A stretch of DNA of 54,138 nucleotides. Source: Bacteroidota bacterium. GTDB taxonomy: Bacteria > Bacteroidota > Bacteroidia > Bacteroidales > GCA-2748055. Shown in pieces: positions 40,198 to 49,711 of the stretch (the stretch's first letter is position 1; every line of letters begins with the position of its first letter). The notes below the pieces were generated by a model. The model saw only the letters and a list, made by a program, of their open reading frames with translations. It was not told the DNA's origin and made no database searches. The stretch lies in NCBI GenBank assembly GCA_030631845.1, contig DAOVKJ010000003.1, forward strand, positions 1 through 54,138, read 5' to 3'. A program made the position numbers and the translations under genes.

Positions 40198-40755
40198 ATG
40201 GTTAAGAAAGACACTCATATAATGGTCCCAGACGAAGTGATCATGAATAAGATCTACCAGATCAGGGGCAAGAAAGTAATGTTAGACCGGGACCTGGCAA
40301 ATTTGTACGGCGTTGAAACTAAGGTTTTAAAACAATCTGTTAGGCGTAGTATAAAACGTTTTCCTTCAGATTTTATGTTTGAATTGTCAACTGAAGAACT
40401 ACAAGAATGGAGGTCACAAATTGTGACCTCCAATGCAGACAGAATGGGTTTACGTTATCCTCCATTCTGTTTTACCGAGCATGGAGTCATTATGCTGGCA
40501 AGCGTCTTAAACAGTGATAGAGCAATACAGATAAATGTCCAGATCGTAAGGATCTTCACCAAGATGAGGGAAATGTTGGCTTCACACAAAGAGATATTGC
40601 ACAGCCTGGAGAAGATAGAACATAAGTTAACCGAGAATGATAATCAGATTCTGGTGATCTTCGAATACCTGAAACAGCTTAAGGAATCCAAGCAACAGGA
40701 AATTGGGCAGAAAAACAGGAAACGAATAGGTTACAAACAAAAAAATGAGCAATGA
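40198..40755 (+). CDS. ORF6N-domain DNA-binding protein
   Basis: IRGKKVMLDRDLA.LYGV, RFPSDFMFEL, RSQIVT, FTEHGV.MLASVLNS and C-terminal RIGY. Confidence 0.92.
   Translation: MVKKDTHIMVPDEVIMNKIYQIRGKKVMLDRDLANLYGVETKVLKQSVRRSIKRFPSDFMFELSTEELQEWRSQIVTSNADRMGLRYPPFCFTEHGVIMLASVLNSDRAIQINVQIVRIFTKMREMLASHKEILHSLEKIEHKLTENDNQILVIFEYLKQLKESKQQEIGQKNRKRIGYKQKNEQ
40408..40432. repeat. Perfect 25-bp palindrome inside the ORF6N coding sequence
   Basis: TGGAGGTCACAA-A-TTGTGACCTCCA (12-bp arms). Confidence 0.95.
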
Positions 40756-40949
40756 CACTGTGCTGGAAATTCCTTGCCTTGGAGTATAGGTTTCGATGAA
40801 AGTAATGTGAAATTTTCAAGTTACTATTTTGGTAAACCTGAAGTATATGTTATCGAAGTGGCCTATAAATATTTAGCTTCGCTGAGCTCACAAGCTCAGT
40901 TGCGTAGCAAAGATTTTCAGCCGCGAGATAATATATACGAAAAGGTTTT

Positions 40950-41939
40950 TTAAAAGGGCTTGTAGCCGATGATTTCGCGGACGTCACGGATGGTTTTGGA
41001 TGCACTTTCCCGGGCTTTCTCTGCACCCATTTTCACCACTTTTCGCAAGTAATCTGAATCGTTGTAGATGTCATTGATCCGTTCGCGTATGGGGGTGGTG
41101 AAGTTGATCATATCCTCGGCCAGTTGCTTTTTCAGGTCACCATAACGAATAGTACAGTCATTGTAGCTATCCCTGAAGTGTTTTACGGTATCGGGAGTGG
41201 AGAGTGTCTCCAGCAGGTAAAAGAGGTTAGCTATTGGTTCCGTCATGGGTGCATTGGGTTCCTGTGGCCCGGCATCGGTTACCGCCCGCATCACCTTCTT
41301 ACGGATCACTGCGGGTTCATCTGACAGGTAGATCCCGTTCCCTTCACTCTTACCCATCTTGCCTGTTCCATCCAGACCGGGAATTTTTACCAGCTCCTCA
41401 CCAAAATTATACGGTTCGGGCATTTTGAAATACTCCACACCGTACATATGGTTGAATCGCCTTGCAAATTTACGGGCCATCTCCAGGTTCTGCTCCTGGT
41501 CCTTCCCCACAGGCACCTTGTCAGCATTATGAATAATAATATCGGCGCACATCAACACCGGGTAGGTCAGCAGTCCGGCATTAATATTCTCCGGCTGTAT
41601 GCGGATCTTCTCCTTAAAGGTAGTGGTACGCTCAAGCTCACCCACATAGGCATTCATATTCAACAGAAGATAGAGCTCGGAAATCTCCGGCACATCGCTC
41701 TGAACATAAAGGGTTGCCACCTCCGGATCCAGCCCGGCTGCCAGGTATTCCGCCAATACGGTTCTGATATTGTTATGCAGGTTTTCCGGTGTAGGATGCG
41801 TGGTCAGGGCATGATAATCGGCCACAAAAAAGAAACACCTGTTCTGGTGTTGCATCTTCACAAAATTCTTAACAGCTCCAAAATAATTCCCCAGGTGAAG
41901 TTTGCCAGTCGACCTGATTCCGCTTAATACTGTGTCCAT
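40950..41939 (-). CDS. trpS: Tryptophan--tRNA ligase
   Basis: HLGN (HIGH), YPVLM.ADI, VPVGKDQ and KMGKS motifs. Confidence 0.97.
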   Translation of the reverse strand: MDTVLSGIRSTGKLHLGNYFGAVKNFVKMQHQNRCFFFVADYHALTTHPTPENLHNNIRTVLAEYLAAGLDPEVATLYVQSDVPEISELYLLLNMNAYVGELERTTTFKEKIRIQPENINAGLLTYPVLMCADIIIHNADKVPVGKDQEQNLEMARKFARRFNHMYGVEYFKMPEPYNFGEELVKIPGLDGTGKMGKSEGNGIYLSDEPAVIRKKVMRAVTDAGPQEPNAPMTEPIANLFYLLETLSTPDTVKHFRDSYNDCTIRYGDLKKQLAEDMINFTTPIRERINDIYNDSDYLRKVVKMGAEKARESASKTIRDVREIIGYKPF

Positions 41940-41943
41940 CGTG

Positions 41944-41980
41944 CAAAACTATAAAATGTTCTTGAAAAAACGTACTTTTG
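41944..41980. promoter_or_regulatory. Back-to-back -7 boxes for trpS and rbfA
   Basis: TAGTTTTG on the minus strand (41944-51), 4 nt from the trpS ATG; TACTTTTG on the plus strand (41973-80), 5 nt from the rbfA ATG. Confidence 0.65.
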
Positions 41981-41985
41981 CTCCG

Positions 41986-42327
41986 ATGACCACCACCCGC
42001 CAGCATAAAGTATCCAGGTTGCTTCAAAAGGAGCTTGGTGAATATCTCCAGAGACAAGGTTCGAAGATTGCCGGAGGAAAAATGATTACGGTCACTGTGG
42101 TTCGAATCAGTCCGGATCTTGGAGTGGCCAAGGTCTATCTGAGCATATTTCCGGGTGAAAAGGGAGAGGAGGCCGTTCAGGCAATCTCTGACAGGGCCGG
42201 ACTGATCCGGCGTGAAATGGGTAACAAACTCCGGAACCAGTTAAGACACATTCCTGAATTCGTTTTTTTTCTTGACGACTCCCTCGATTACTTCGACCGG
42301 ATCGAGGACCTTCTAAAAGATGAATAA
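41986..42327 (+). CDS. rbfA: Ribosome-binding factor A
   Basis: RQ.KV..LLQKEL, ITVT.VR.SPDL..AKVYLS and LRHIPE..F.LDDS motifs. ATG at 41986. Confidence 0.95.
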   Translation: MTTTRQHKVSRLLQKELGEYLQRQGSKIAGGKMITVTVVRISPDLGVAKVYLSIFPGEKGEEAVQAISDRAGLIRREMGNKLRNQLRHIPEFVFFLDDSLDYFDRIEDLLKDE

Positions 42328-43136
42328 TGCAATACGACCCTATCAAGCGTAGTCTGGGCAAAGTATTTAACAGCACACCCTTATTAAGGAGGCTTTTTTA
42401 CAGGTTGCTCGATCTGCTCCTGTTGCGTTCATGGCATATACGACAGGAGTTAAAAAACCTGAACAGGGAGGGTTTCAACCCTGGAGAGATTGCCGATGCA
42501 GGTTCCGGTTTCGGTCAGTATGTTTATTACCTGTCGAACCGATACCCCAATGCAAGAATTACAGGTCTGGATATCAAACAGGAACAGGTCGATGACTGCA
42601 ATAACTTTTTCTCTTCCATCAACCGGGAGGATTTGGTATCATTCAGGTATGCCGATCTTACAAAGCTGGAGGAGCGTGAGGAGTGGGACCTGGTGCTCTC
42701 TGTGGATGTGATGGAGCATATCGAAGATGATTGTACCGTTTTCCGCCATATCTATAACGGTCTAAAGCCGGGGGGAGTCCTTCTGATCTCAACCCCTTCA
42801 GACCAGGGAGGATCGGATGTTCATCACGAACATGAGGCCTCCTTTATTGATGAACATGTCCGGGATGGATATGGAGTGGAGGAAATTGATGAAAAACTGA
42901 GGGAAGCCGGTTTTTCAGATATTCAGATCAGGTACTCCTATGGCAGGCCTGGTAAAATCTCCTGGAAACTCTCCATGAAATATCCCATTCTGCTGGCCAA
43001 TATCAGTAAACTTTTCCTGCTGGTGCTTCCTCTGTACTATCTTATAGTCTACCCATTCTGCTATCTGTTGAATAGTGCCGATGTAAGGGGCAAACACACC
43101 ACCGGAACCGGACTTATCGTGAAGTGTACAAAGTGA
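42327..43136 (+). CDS. Class I SAM-dependent methyltransferase
   Basis: DAGSGFG, GLD, DVMEHI and LKPGG motifs. Confidence 0.88.
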   Translation: MQYDPIKRSLGKVFNSTPLLRRLFYRLLDLLLLRSWHIRQELKNLNREGFNPGEIADAGSGFGQYVYYLSNRYPNARITGLDIKQEQVDDCNNFFSSINREDLVSFRYADLTKLEEREEWDLVLSVDVMEHIEDDCTVFRHIYNGLKPGGVLLISTPSDQGGSDVHHEHEASFIDEHVRDGYGVEEIDEKLREAGFSDIQIRYSYGRPGKISWKLSMKYPILLANISKLFLLVLPLYYLIVYPFCYLLNSADVRGKHTTGTGLIVKCTK

Positions 43137-44374
43137 ACCTCTCATTCTATATAGCAAAGCGATACCTGCTGGGAAAAAAATCCCAGAACGCTATCAATAT
43201 CATATCCGGCATTGCAGTTCTGGGCATCACCACGGGAACCATGGCCCTTGTGATCGTACTATCCGTATTCAACGGTTTTGACTCAGTTGTAAAGTCGCTC
43301 TATAACACTTTTGATCCGGATATTCAGATCTCTGCCAAGGAGGGTAAAACATTTAGCCCCGATCCGGCAACCACACAAGCCGTTCTCTCCCTTCCGGGGG
43401 TTTTTGCCCTCTCTGAAGTGCTGGAAGGAAATGTGCTGCTGCTCTATAACGAAAGACAGCATATAGCCACCGTCAAAGGTGTCGATGAAGCCTTCAGGGA
43501 TGTTTCCGGGCTCGATTCCATGATCTATGACGGAGAGATGAAACTGAAGGACCGAAACAGGGCCTATGCAGTGGTGGGTCAGGGAGTGGCCTACAGCCTG
43601 GGGATCGGTCTCAGCTTTATTGATCCCCTCTTTATATATACCATCGACCGAAAGGCCCGGATCAATATGTCGCAACCCGAGGAATCGATCCGAAGAGATT
43701 TTATCTACCCCTCCGGTATATTTGCCATTGAACAGGAGTACGATTCCAGGTATATTATCTGTCCCATTGAATATGTCAGGGAGCTGCTCTCCTACCAGGA
43801 AGAGGTCACCCACCTGGAGGTGAAGCTGGATCCCCTCTTCCCAGCCGAAGAGGTCCAGAAAGAGATCATGACCCTGATGGGAGAAGGGTTTCATGTTAAA
43901 AACAGGGAGCAGCAGAATGAACTATTTTACAGGGTGATGAAAACAGAGAAATGGGCCATCTTCCTGATTCTGACATTTATTCTTATTATCGCCTCATTTA
44001 ATATCATCGGCTCTCTTTCGATGCTGATTATTGATAAGAAAAAGGATATCCTCACTCTGCGTAACATGGGAGCCGGAACGAAGCTTATTAAACAGATCTT
44101 CCTGGTAGAAGGATGGCTTATATCGGTTCTGGGAAGTGTAACCGGCCTCTTCCTAGGTACCGCCATCAGCTGGATTCAACAGCGGTTTGGGGTTATCAAA
44201 CTCACCGGAAGCGGCTCCTTTATTATTGACGCTTATCCTGTTCAGATTGAGGTGATTGATATCTGCCTGATCTGGGTAACTGTGCTGTTCATCGGGTTGA
44301 TTGCTGCCAAATACCCGGTACAGCAAATCTCAAAAAAATACCTAGCCAGCATCGAAAAGGGGACTATTGTTTAA
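43133..44374 (+). CDS. LolC/E-like (MacB-PCD/FtsX) ABC permease
   Basis: IAKRYL, VLSVFNGF, FNIIGSLSMLI.DK and AYPV motifs. GTG start overlaps the upstream stop (GTGA). Confidence 0.85.
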   Translation: MNLSFYIAKRYLLGKKSQNAINIISGIAVLGITTGTMALVIVLSVFNGFDSVVKSLYNTFDPDIQISAKEGKTFSPDPATTQAVLSLPGVFALSEVLEGNVLLLYNERQHIATVKGVDEAFRDVSGLDSMIYDGEMKLKDRNRAYAVVGQGVAYSLGIGLSFIDPLFIYTIDRKARINMSQPEESIRRDFIYPSGIFAIEQEYDSRYIICPIEYVRELLSYQEEVTHLEVKLDPLFPAEEVQKEIMTLMGEGFHVKNREQQNELFYRVMKTEKWAIFLILTFILIIASFNIIGSLSMLIIDKKKDILTLRNMGAGTKLIKQIFLVEGWLISVLGSVTGLFLGTAISWIQQRFGVIKLTGSGSFIIDAYPVQIEVIDICLIWVTVLFIGLIAAKYPVQQISKKYLASIEKGTIV

Positions 44375-44502
44375 AACTTTGCATCTCTTCTATACTCAGA
44401 ACCTCTAATTTTATGACGACCTGCGAACATTAAGCGTTAGTGTTTGCAACCAATGAGAGGCTATTTCTGTTCTATTTGGTAACAGCACGAATTTGAGTCC
44501 AT

Positions 44503-47500
44503 ATGAAAGCATTCAGGTATACTATATTACTTATATTATCTCTTGCAACTTCCATTATCTCACTGTCGGCCCAGGAACTGGCTATCACAAACGTCACCTC
44601 CACCCCAACCACCTGTTCAGATGGAACTGATGGTACCATCTCCTTTACGATCTCAGGAGGTACCGCTCCCTACACCTGGTCCATCCTTGAAGGAATAATT
44701 CCGGTGGATTTCGGGGGCCCAACCAGCAGTACATCAATTACCTCAACCGGGCGGTGGAAGAGCAATATATACCTGATTGGAGTTCAGGACGACGATGAGA
44801 ACGTCGTATATATGGTCGCCTCAGTAGATGGTCCTGATCCCATGCTTATTACCTTCTACACCTCCACCGACATTACCTGTAACAATGCCAACGATGGAAC
44901 CATTACCGCAACAGCTACTGGCGAATCAGGCAGCCACATGTTTGACCTGGCCGGACCTGTAAATGCAAGTAATCCAACGGGTATATTTTCCAACCTGCCA
45001 CCGGGAGTCTATACCGTTACCGCACGTGACGCAGGCACCTGTACCTCCACCGATATTACCCCCGGTATTACCATCAATAACCCATCCCTGGTCTCTGCCT
45101 CTGAAGACAATATAACTGATGCCGGCTGTTTCGGTGAGTTTACCGGATCCATTGCCATAACCCCCACAGGGGGAACGCCCTCAGGAGCGGGCACAGGCTA
45201 TACCTATGCATGGATTGGCCCATCCGGCTACACATCAACTGCCGAAGACATCACCAGTTTGGAAGCGGGGGATTACTTTGTAACCATTACCGACGGGAAC
45301 GGTTGTTCCTCCATGATGGGACCCTATACGGTGGGCCAGCCCACTGAGATCAATCCCATCCTGGATGGCAGTTCCGATGTAAGCTGCAACGGAGAGAGCA
45401 ATGGCGCGGCATCCATTACCACCAGCGGGGGCGCAGGAGGATATTCCTATTCGTGGGTTGGTCAGGTCAGCGGCCCGGTCTCCAGTGATGAGGACCCGGT
45501 CAACCTGGTAGCAGATATCTACAACCTGATTGTTACAGATATAGCCGGCTGTTCCCGAACCCTCACCTCCTTTGTGACCATCGGCGAACCAGATCCTTTG
45601 TCCGTCCTTGTAAACTCCATCACTCCTGTCTCCTGCAATGGGGGCGCTGATGGTTCAGCACAGATCACGGCTGCCGGGGGTACAACTCCTTACAGTTTTG
45701 TATGGTCCGGCGCAACTTCAGGATATAGCTCTACCGATGAGGATCCCACCGCCATGCCGGCCGATGTTTATTCGGTTACCATCACCGATGATCATTTCTG
45801 TATAGAACTTTTTGCCGACCTGGTAACCATCACAGAACCCACTCCCATCAGTATGACACTGGACGGTTCTACCGATGTATCCTGTTTCGGTGGCAATGAC
45901 GGCACAAGCCAGATAACACCAAGCGGCGGTACCCCTCCATATCTGTTTGAATGGCTCGGTGCTTCAACAAGCCACACCTCAACAGCCGAAGATCCGGACG
46001 ACCTGGTGGCCGATAGCTACACCCTGACCATTACAGATGCCAACTTATGCGTAGTCTCATACCCGAATATTGTTACCATTGATGAGCCTGCCCAGCTGGA
46101 CCTGTCGATCGACCTGGTGACCCATGTGGATTGCAACGGGGAGGCCACCGGTGCCATCGAGATCACCCCCACAGGCGGCACCCCCAATTACCTTTTTGCC
46201 TGGACCGGTCCCAATGGATTCACCGCTGCTACTGAGGATATATCCGGACTCGAAACCGGCGATTACAGCCTGACCATTACAGATGACCATGGATGTACCA
46301 GGGATTTTATCAACCTGGTGAATATCACTGAAAACACAGCCATCACCGCCACATTTGCCGTCACAGACCTGAACTGCGGAGCGCCCCTGCCCAGCAACGA
46401 TGGCGCCATCGATGCAGCCATCTCGGGAGGCACACCCGGCTATACCTTTCTCTGGGCCGGCCCCAACGGATTCACTGCCACCACCGAGGATATATCCGGA
46501 CTGGAGCCCGGCTCATATCTGCTGGAGGTCACCGACATCCTGGGATGTGTAGAGACAATGGCCGCACAGGTGGTAGGTGCTCCCCTGCCGCTCACAGCTA
46601 CAACCACCCAGGTAGATATTGACTGCTTTGGAGCCGGGAATGGCTCCATTGACCTGACAGTGGCAGGAGGAACTCCCGCCTATGGTTTTGCCTGGACCGG
46701 ACCATCCGGCTATACCGGAACCACTGAAGATATTTCCGGACTGGAGGCCGGTGCTTACAGTGTCACCGTAACCTATTTTAATGGCTGTGCGGTACCGTTT
46801 GCCGACATTGCCACCATCACTGAACCTCTCGAAATCCAGGTGGCCTCTGTGAAAACAGATATCTCCTGCGGCGGATTCACCGATGGCGCCATTGATATTA
46901 CGGTTACCGGAGGCACGCCTCCCTATCTGTTTGCCTGGAGTGGCCCTTCCGGATTCACTGCAACAACAGAGGACCTGACCGGGCTGGAGGCGGGAAGTTA
47001 CAGCCTTACCATTACCGATGGGAGCAGTTGTGTTGTTAGCTTCCCCAACCTGGAGACCATCATCGAACCTGCTTCTGTAGTGGCCAGCTATGTTTCTCAT
47101 CAGGATGTACTATGTAATGGAGATGCAACCGGTTCCATTGAGATTGATGTTACCGGAGGTATAACTCCTTTCCTATATGAGTGGAGCAATAGTTCAGGCA
47201 CACCCGTCTCCGGTATTGAGGATCCTGTGGGATTACCGGCCGATACCTACTCCCTGGTTATCACCGATGCCAGCGGCTGTATATTCAGCTTCGCCGATCT
47301 GGCAACCATTACAGAACCCCCGCTTCTGACAGCCGATCTGGCTAAAACAGATATTACCTGTTTCGGGGATGGAAACGGCACCATTACAGTTACAGCAACA
47401 GGAGGGAGCGGACCCTATGACTACTCCAGCGATGGCCTGTCCTACCAGGGGGGAGATACCTTTTCACTGCTGGCCCCCGGGTTCTACACCATCTGGACCA

Positions 47501-49710
47501 GGGATGCCAATCTCTGTGTGGTCACAGATACCATCACCATCCTGGAGCCTGAAGAGATTCTGATCCAGACCGAGACCATCAGCTACCTGTGCCATGGCGC
47601 CCTGCAGGGGGAGATCTCCATCAACGGAGTCTCGGGAGGAGTTGCTCCCTATACATACTCCATTAATGGCGGGACAGACTTCTATTCCAATAATCTCTTC
47701 TCCAACCTGGCTCCCGGCAGCTACCAGACTGTGGTCATGGATGCCACCGGATGCAGTGTGAATGGTAACCTGAATGTTCTAATTGAGCCACCACAACTGC
47801 AGATTGCATCCTATACACAGGAAGATATCACCTCCTGCTCTGATAGCAATGAGGGAAGAATCATCATTACTGGTACTGGTGGTACCGGCACCATCTCCTA
47901 TTCACTGAACGGAGATCCGCCAGTTCCTTCAGGCGATTTCCAGAACCTGCCGGGAGGTACACATATAGTTACCCTGATCGATGATAATGGCTGTACGCTC
48001 GATACCACAGTCGAGATACTTACTCCACCCGAGCTGATTATAGATAACATTGTTATCACCGATGTGACAGGGTGCAGTGGCTATACCAATGGAAGTCTCG
48101 ATGTAACAGGAACAGGAGGTACTGGTATCCTGGAATACTCCCTGGATGATGTGACCTACCAGCCAACCGGAACATTCAGCAGCCTGGCTGCCGGGGACTA
48201 CACCATCTGGCTCAGGGATGCCAATGGATGTTCTGTCACCGCCCCCGCATCCATCACTGAACCGGTTCCTGTGCTGGCCACCGTGGTAAAAACAGATGCA
48301 ACCTATGGAAATCTGGGAACCATCACCATTTCAGATGTCACCGGCGGAACGCCGCCTTATGAATACTCCATTAATGGAGTGGCCGGTCCATTTAGCAGTA
48401 CAACTGCATATACCGACCTGGTACCTGCTGTTTATCATGTCATTGTAAGGGATAATATTGGATGTACCTATGAAGAGATGGTACAAATTCTGGACACTCC
48501 ACCACTGGATGTTCTGGTTAATGTATCTCATGTATCCTGTTTTGGGGCCAGTGACGGATCCATTGAATTTGTTCCACAGGACGCAGAAGGAGCTGTACAG
48601 TATTCCATCAATAATGGGGTCGATTTTACATCTGATCCACTGTTTGAAAATCTTCCCGGCAATATGACTTACCAGCTTGTGGCCCTGGATGATTCCGGTA
48701 AGCTCTTCACGGGTGCAGTTATCATCACGGAACCAGCCGAAATTGTATTCAGCTATGCAGTTACTCCTGCTAACTGTAATGCATTCAGCGAAACTGGCGC
48801 CATAGATATTACAGTGTCGGGAGGTTCAGGCACCTTTGTCTTCCAGTGGTCAGACGGCAGTACAGCTGAGGACCGTTCCAACATTCTGGCCGGGGTATAT
48901 AGGGTATTAGTTACAGATGGCAACAACTGTACACTGAACGATACAATCACGGTAATCAGTGAAGTGACGGTTACAGCCGATGCAGGAGAGGATGCCACCA
49001 TCTGCTCCGGAGCATCCATCCAGTTACAGGGTGCCGGAATTGGAACACCTTCCTGGGATCCATCGCCCTTCCTGTCGGATGAGACCATCCTGGACCCGGT
49101 GGCAGCCGGAATGACCGAAACCACCACTTTTGTGCTGACCATTACCGAAACTGCCAGCATATATGGTTGCTACAACAACGACTCTGTAACGGTAAACCTC
49201 TACCCATCAACAGGTCTGGAGGTAACCGAAGATACCTTTGTTATATCCGGAAATTCCATCCAGCTGGAAGCTACCGGAGGGCCGTTTGATCAGTACAGAT
49301 GGGAACCTGTAACGGGACTCGATATCAGTACAGTTCCCGATCCCATTGCCACACCGATCGAATCAACCAGATATTTCGTTTTTGCCCTCAATGGATATGG
49401 CTGTGAGGAGGTGAACTCTGTATTCATTGAAGTCATCGAAGATATCCAGGCTTACAACGTATTCTCACCCAACGGAGATGGAATCAATGACTATTTCGAG
49501 ATTAATAATTCAGAGCGTTTCCCGGAGATGCTGGTAGAGGTATACGGCAGGTGGGGCGATCAACTCTTTTCAACCGTGGGATATGGTAGTGGAAACGAGT
49601 GGGATGGCACAGCGCACGGGAAAGAGGCACCTGTTGGTACATACTATTATATCATTGTCCCATACCAGGGGGCCAAACCAATTTCAGGGAACGTAACAAT
49701 AATCAGGTAG
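44503..49710 (+). CDS. SprB-repeat cell-surface protein with T9SS type B C-terminal domain
   Basis: Signal peptide; about 18 repeats of roughly 75-85 aa (C.G..DG.I....GG..PY...L.AG.Y.VT.TD..GC); C-terminal NVFSPNGDGIND...WDG...GTYYY. Confidence 0.92.
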   Translation: MKAFRYTILLILSLATSIISLSAQELAITNVTSTPTTCSDGTDGTISFTISGGTAPYTWSILEGIIPVDFGGPTSSTSITSTGRWKSNIYLIGVQDDDENVVYMVASVDGPDPMLITFYTSTDITCNNANDGTITATATGESGSHMFDLAGPVNASNPTGIFSNLPPGVYTVTARDAGTCTSTDITPGITINNPSLVSASEDNITDAGCFGEFTGSIAITPTGGTPSGAGTGYTYAWIGPSGYTSTAEDITSLEAGDYFVTITDGNGCSSMMGPYTVGQPTEINPILDGSSDVSCNGESNGAASITTSGGAGGYSYSWVGQVSGPVSSDEDPVNLVADIYNLIVTDIAGCSRTLTSFVTIGEPDPLSVLVNSITPVSCNGGADGSAQITAAGGTTPYSFVWSGATSGYSSTDEDPTAMPADVYSVTITDDHFCIELFADLVTITEPTPISMTLDGSTDVSCFGGNDGTSQITPSGGTPPYLFEWLGASTSHTSTAEDPDDLVADSYTLTITDANLCVVSYPNIVTIDEPAQLDLSIDLVTHVDCNGEATGAIEITPTGGTPNYLFAWTGPNGFTAATEDISGLETGDYSLTITDDHGCTRDFINLVNITENTAITATFAVTDLNCGAPLPSNDGAIDAAISGGTPGYTFLWAGPNGFTATTEDISGLEPGSYLLEVTDILGCVETMAAQVVGAPLPLTATTTQVDIDCFGAGNGSIDLTVAGGTPAYGFAWTGPSGYTGTTEDISGLEAGAYSVTVTYFNGCAVPFADIATITEPLEIQVASVKTDISCGGFTDGAIDITVTGGTPPYLFAWSGPSGFTATTEDLTGLEAGSYSLTITDGSSCVVSFPNLETIIEPASVVASYVSHQDVLCNGDATGSIEIDVTGGITPFLYEWSNSSGTPVSGIEDPVGLPADTYSLVITDASGCIFSFADLATITEPPLLTADLAKTDITCFGDGNGTITVTATGGSGPYDYSSDGLSYQGGDTFSLLAPGFYTIWTRDANLCVVTDTITILEPEEILIQTETISYLCHGALQGEISINGVSGGVAPYTYSINGGTDFYSNNLFSNLAPGSYQTVVMDATGCSVNGNLNVLIEPPQLQIASYTQEDITSCSDSNEGRIIITGTGGTGTISYSLNGDPPVPSGDFQNLPGGTHIVTLIDDNGCTLDTTVEILTPPELIIDNIVITDVTGCSGYTNGSLDVTGTGGTGILEYSLDDVTYQPTGTFSSLAAGDYTIWLRDANGCSVTAPASITEPVPVLATVVKTDATYGNLGTITISDVTGGTPPYEYSINGVAGPFSSTTAYTDLVPAVYHVIVRDNIGCTYEEMVQILDTPPLDVLVNVSHVSCFGASDGSIEFVPQDAEGAVQYSINNGVDFTSDPLFENLPGNMTYQLVALDDSGKLFTGAVIITEPAEIVFSYAVTPANCNAFSETGAIDITVSGGSGTFVFQWSDGSTAEDRSNILAGVYRVLVTDGNNCTLNDTITVISEVTVTADAGEDATICSGASIQLQGAGIGTPSWDPSPFLSDETILDPVAAGMTETTTFVLTITETASIYGCYNNDSVTVNLYPSTGLEVTEDTFVISGNSIQLEATGGPFDQYRWEPVTGLDISTVPDPIATPIESTRYFVFALNGYGCEEVNSVFIEVIEDIQAYNVFSPNGDGINDYFEINNSERFPEMLVEVYGRWGDQLFSTVGYGSGNEWDGTAHGKEAPVGTYYYIIVPYQGAKPISGNVTIIR

Positions 49711-49711
49711 C

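Noticed and set aside
40756-40953. Reading frame stays open for 65 codons after the ORF6N TGA (possible readthrough or selenocysteine)
   Set aside because: ORF6N already ends with the family-typical RIGY tail, and the extension has no recognisable domain or convincing SECIS. It is likely chance or a gene remnant.
46100-47100. Regular ~245-bp DNA repeats (possible CRISPR or VNTR)
   Set aside because: In-frame SprB protein repeats with no spacer structure.
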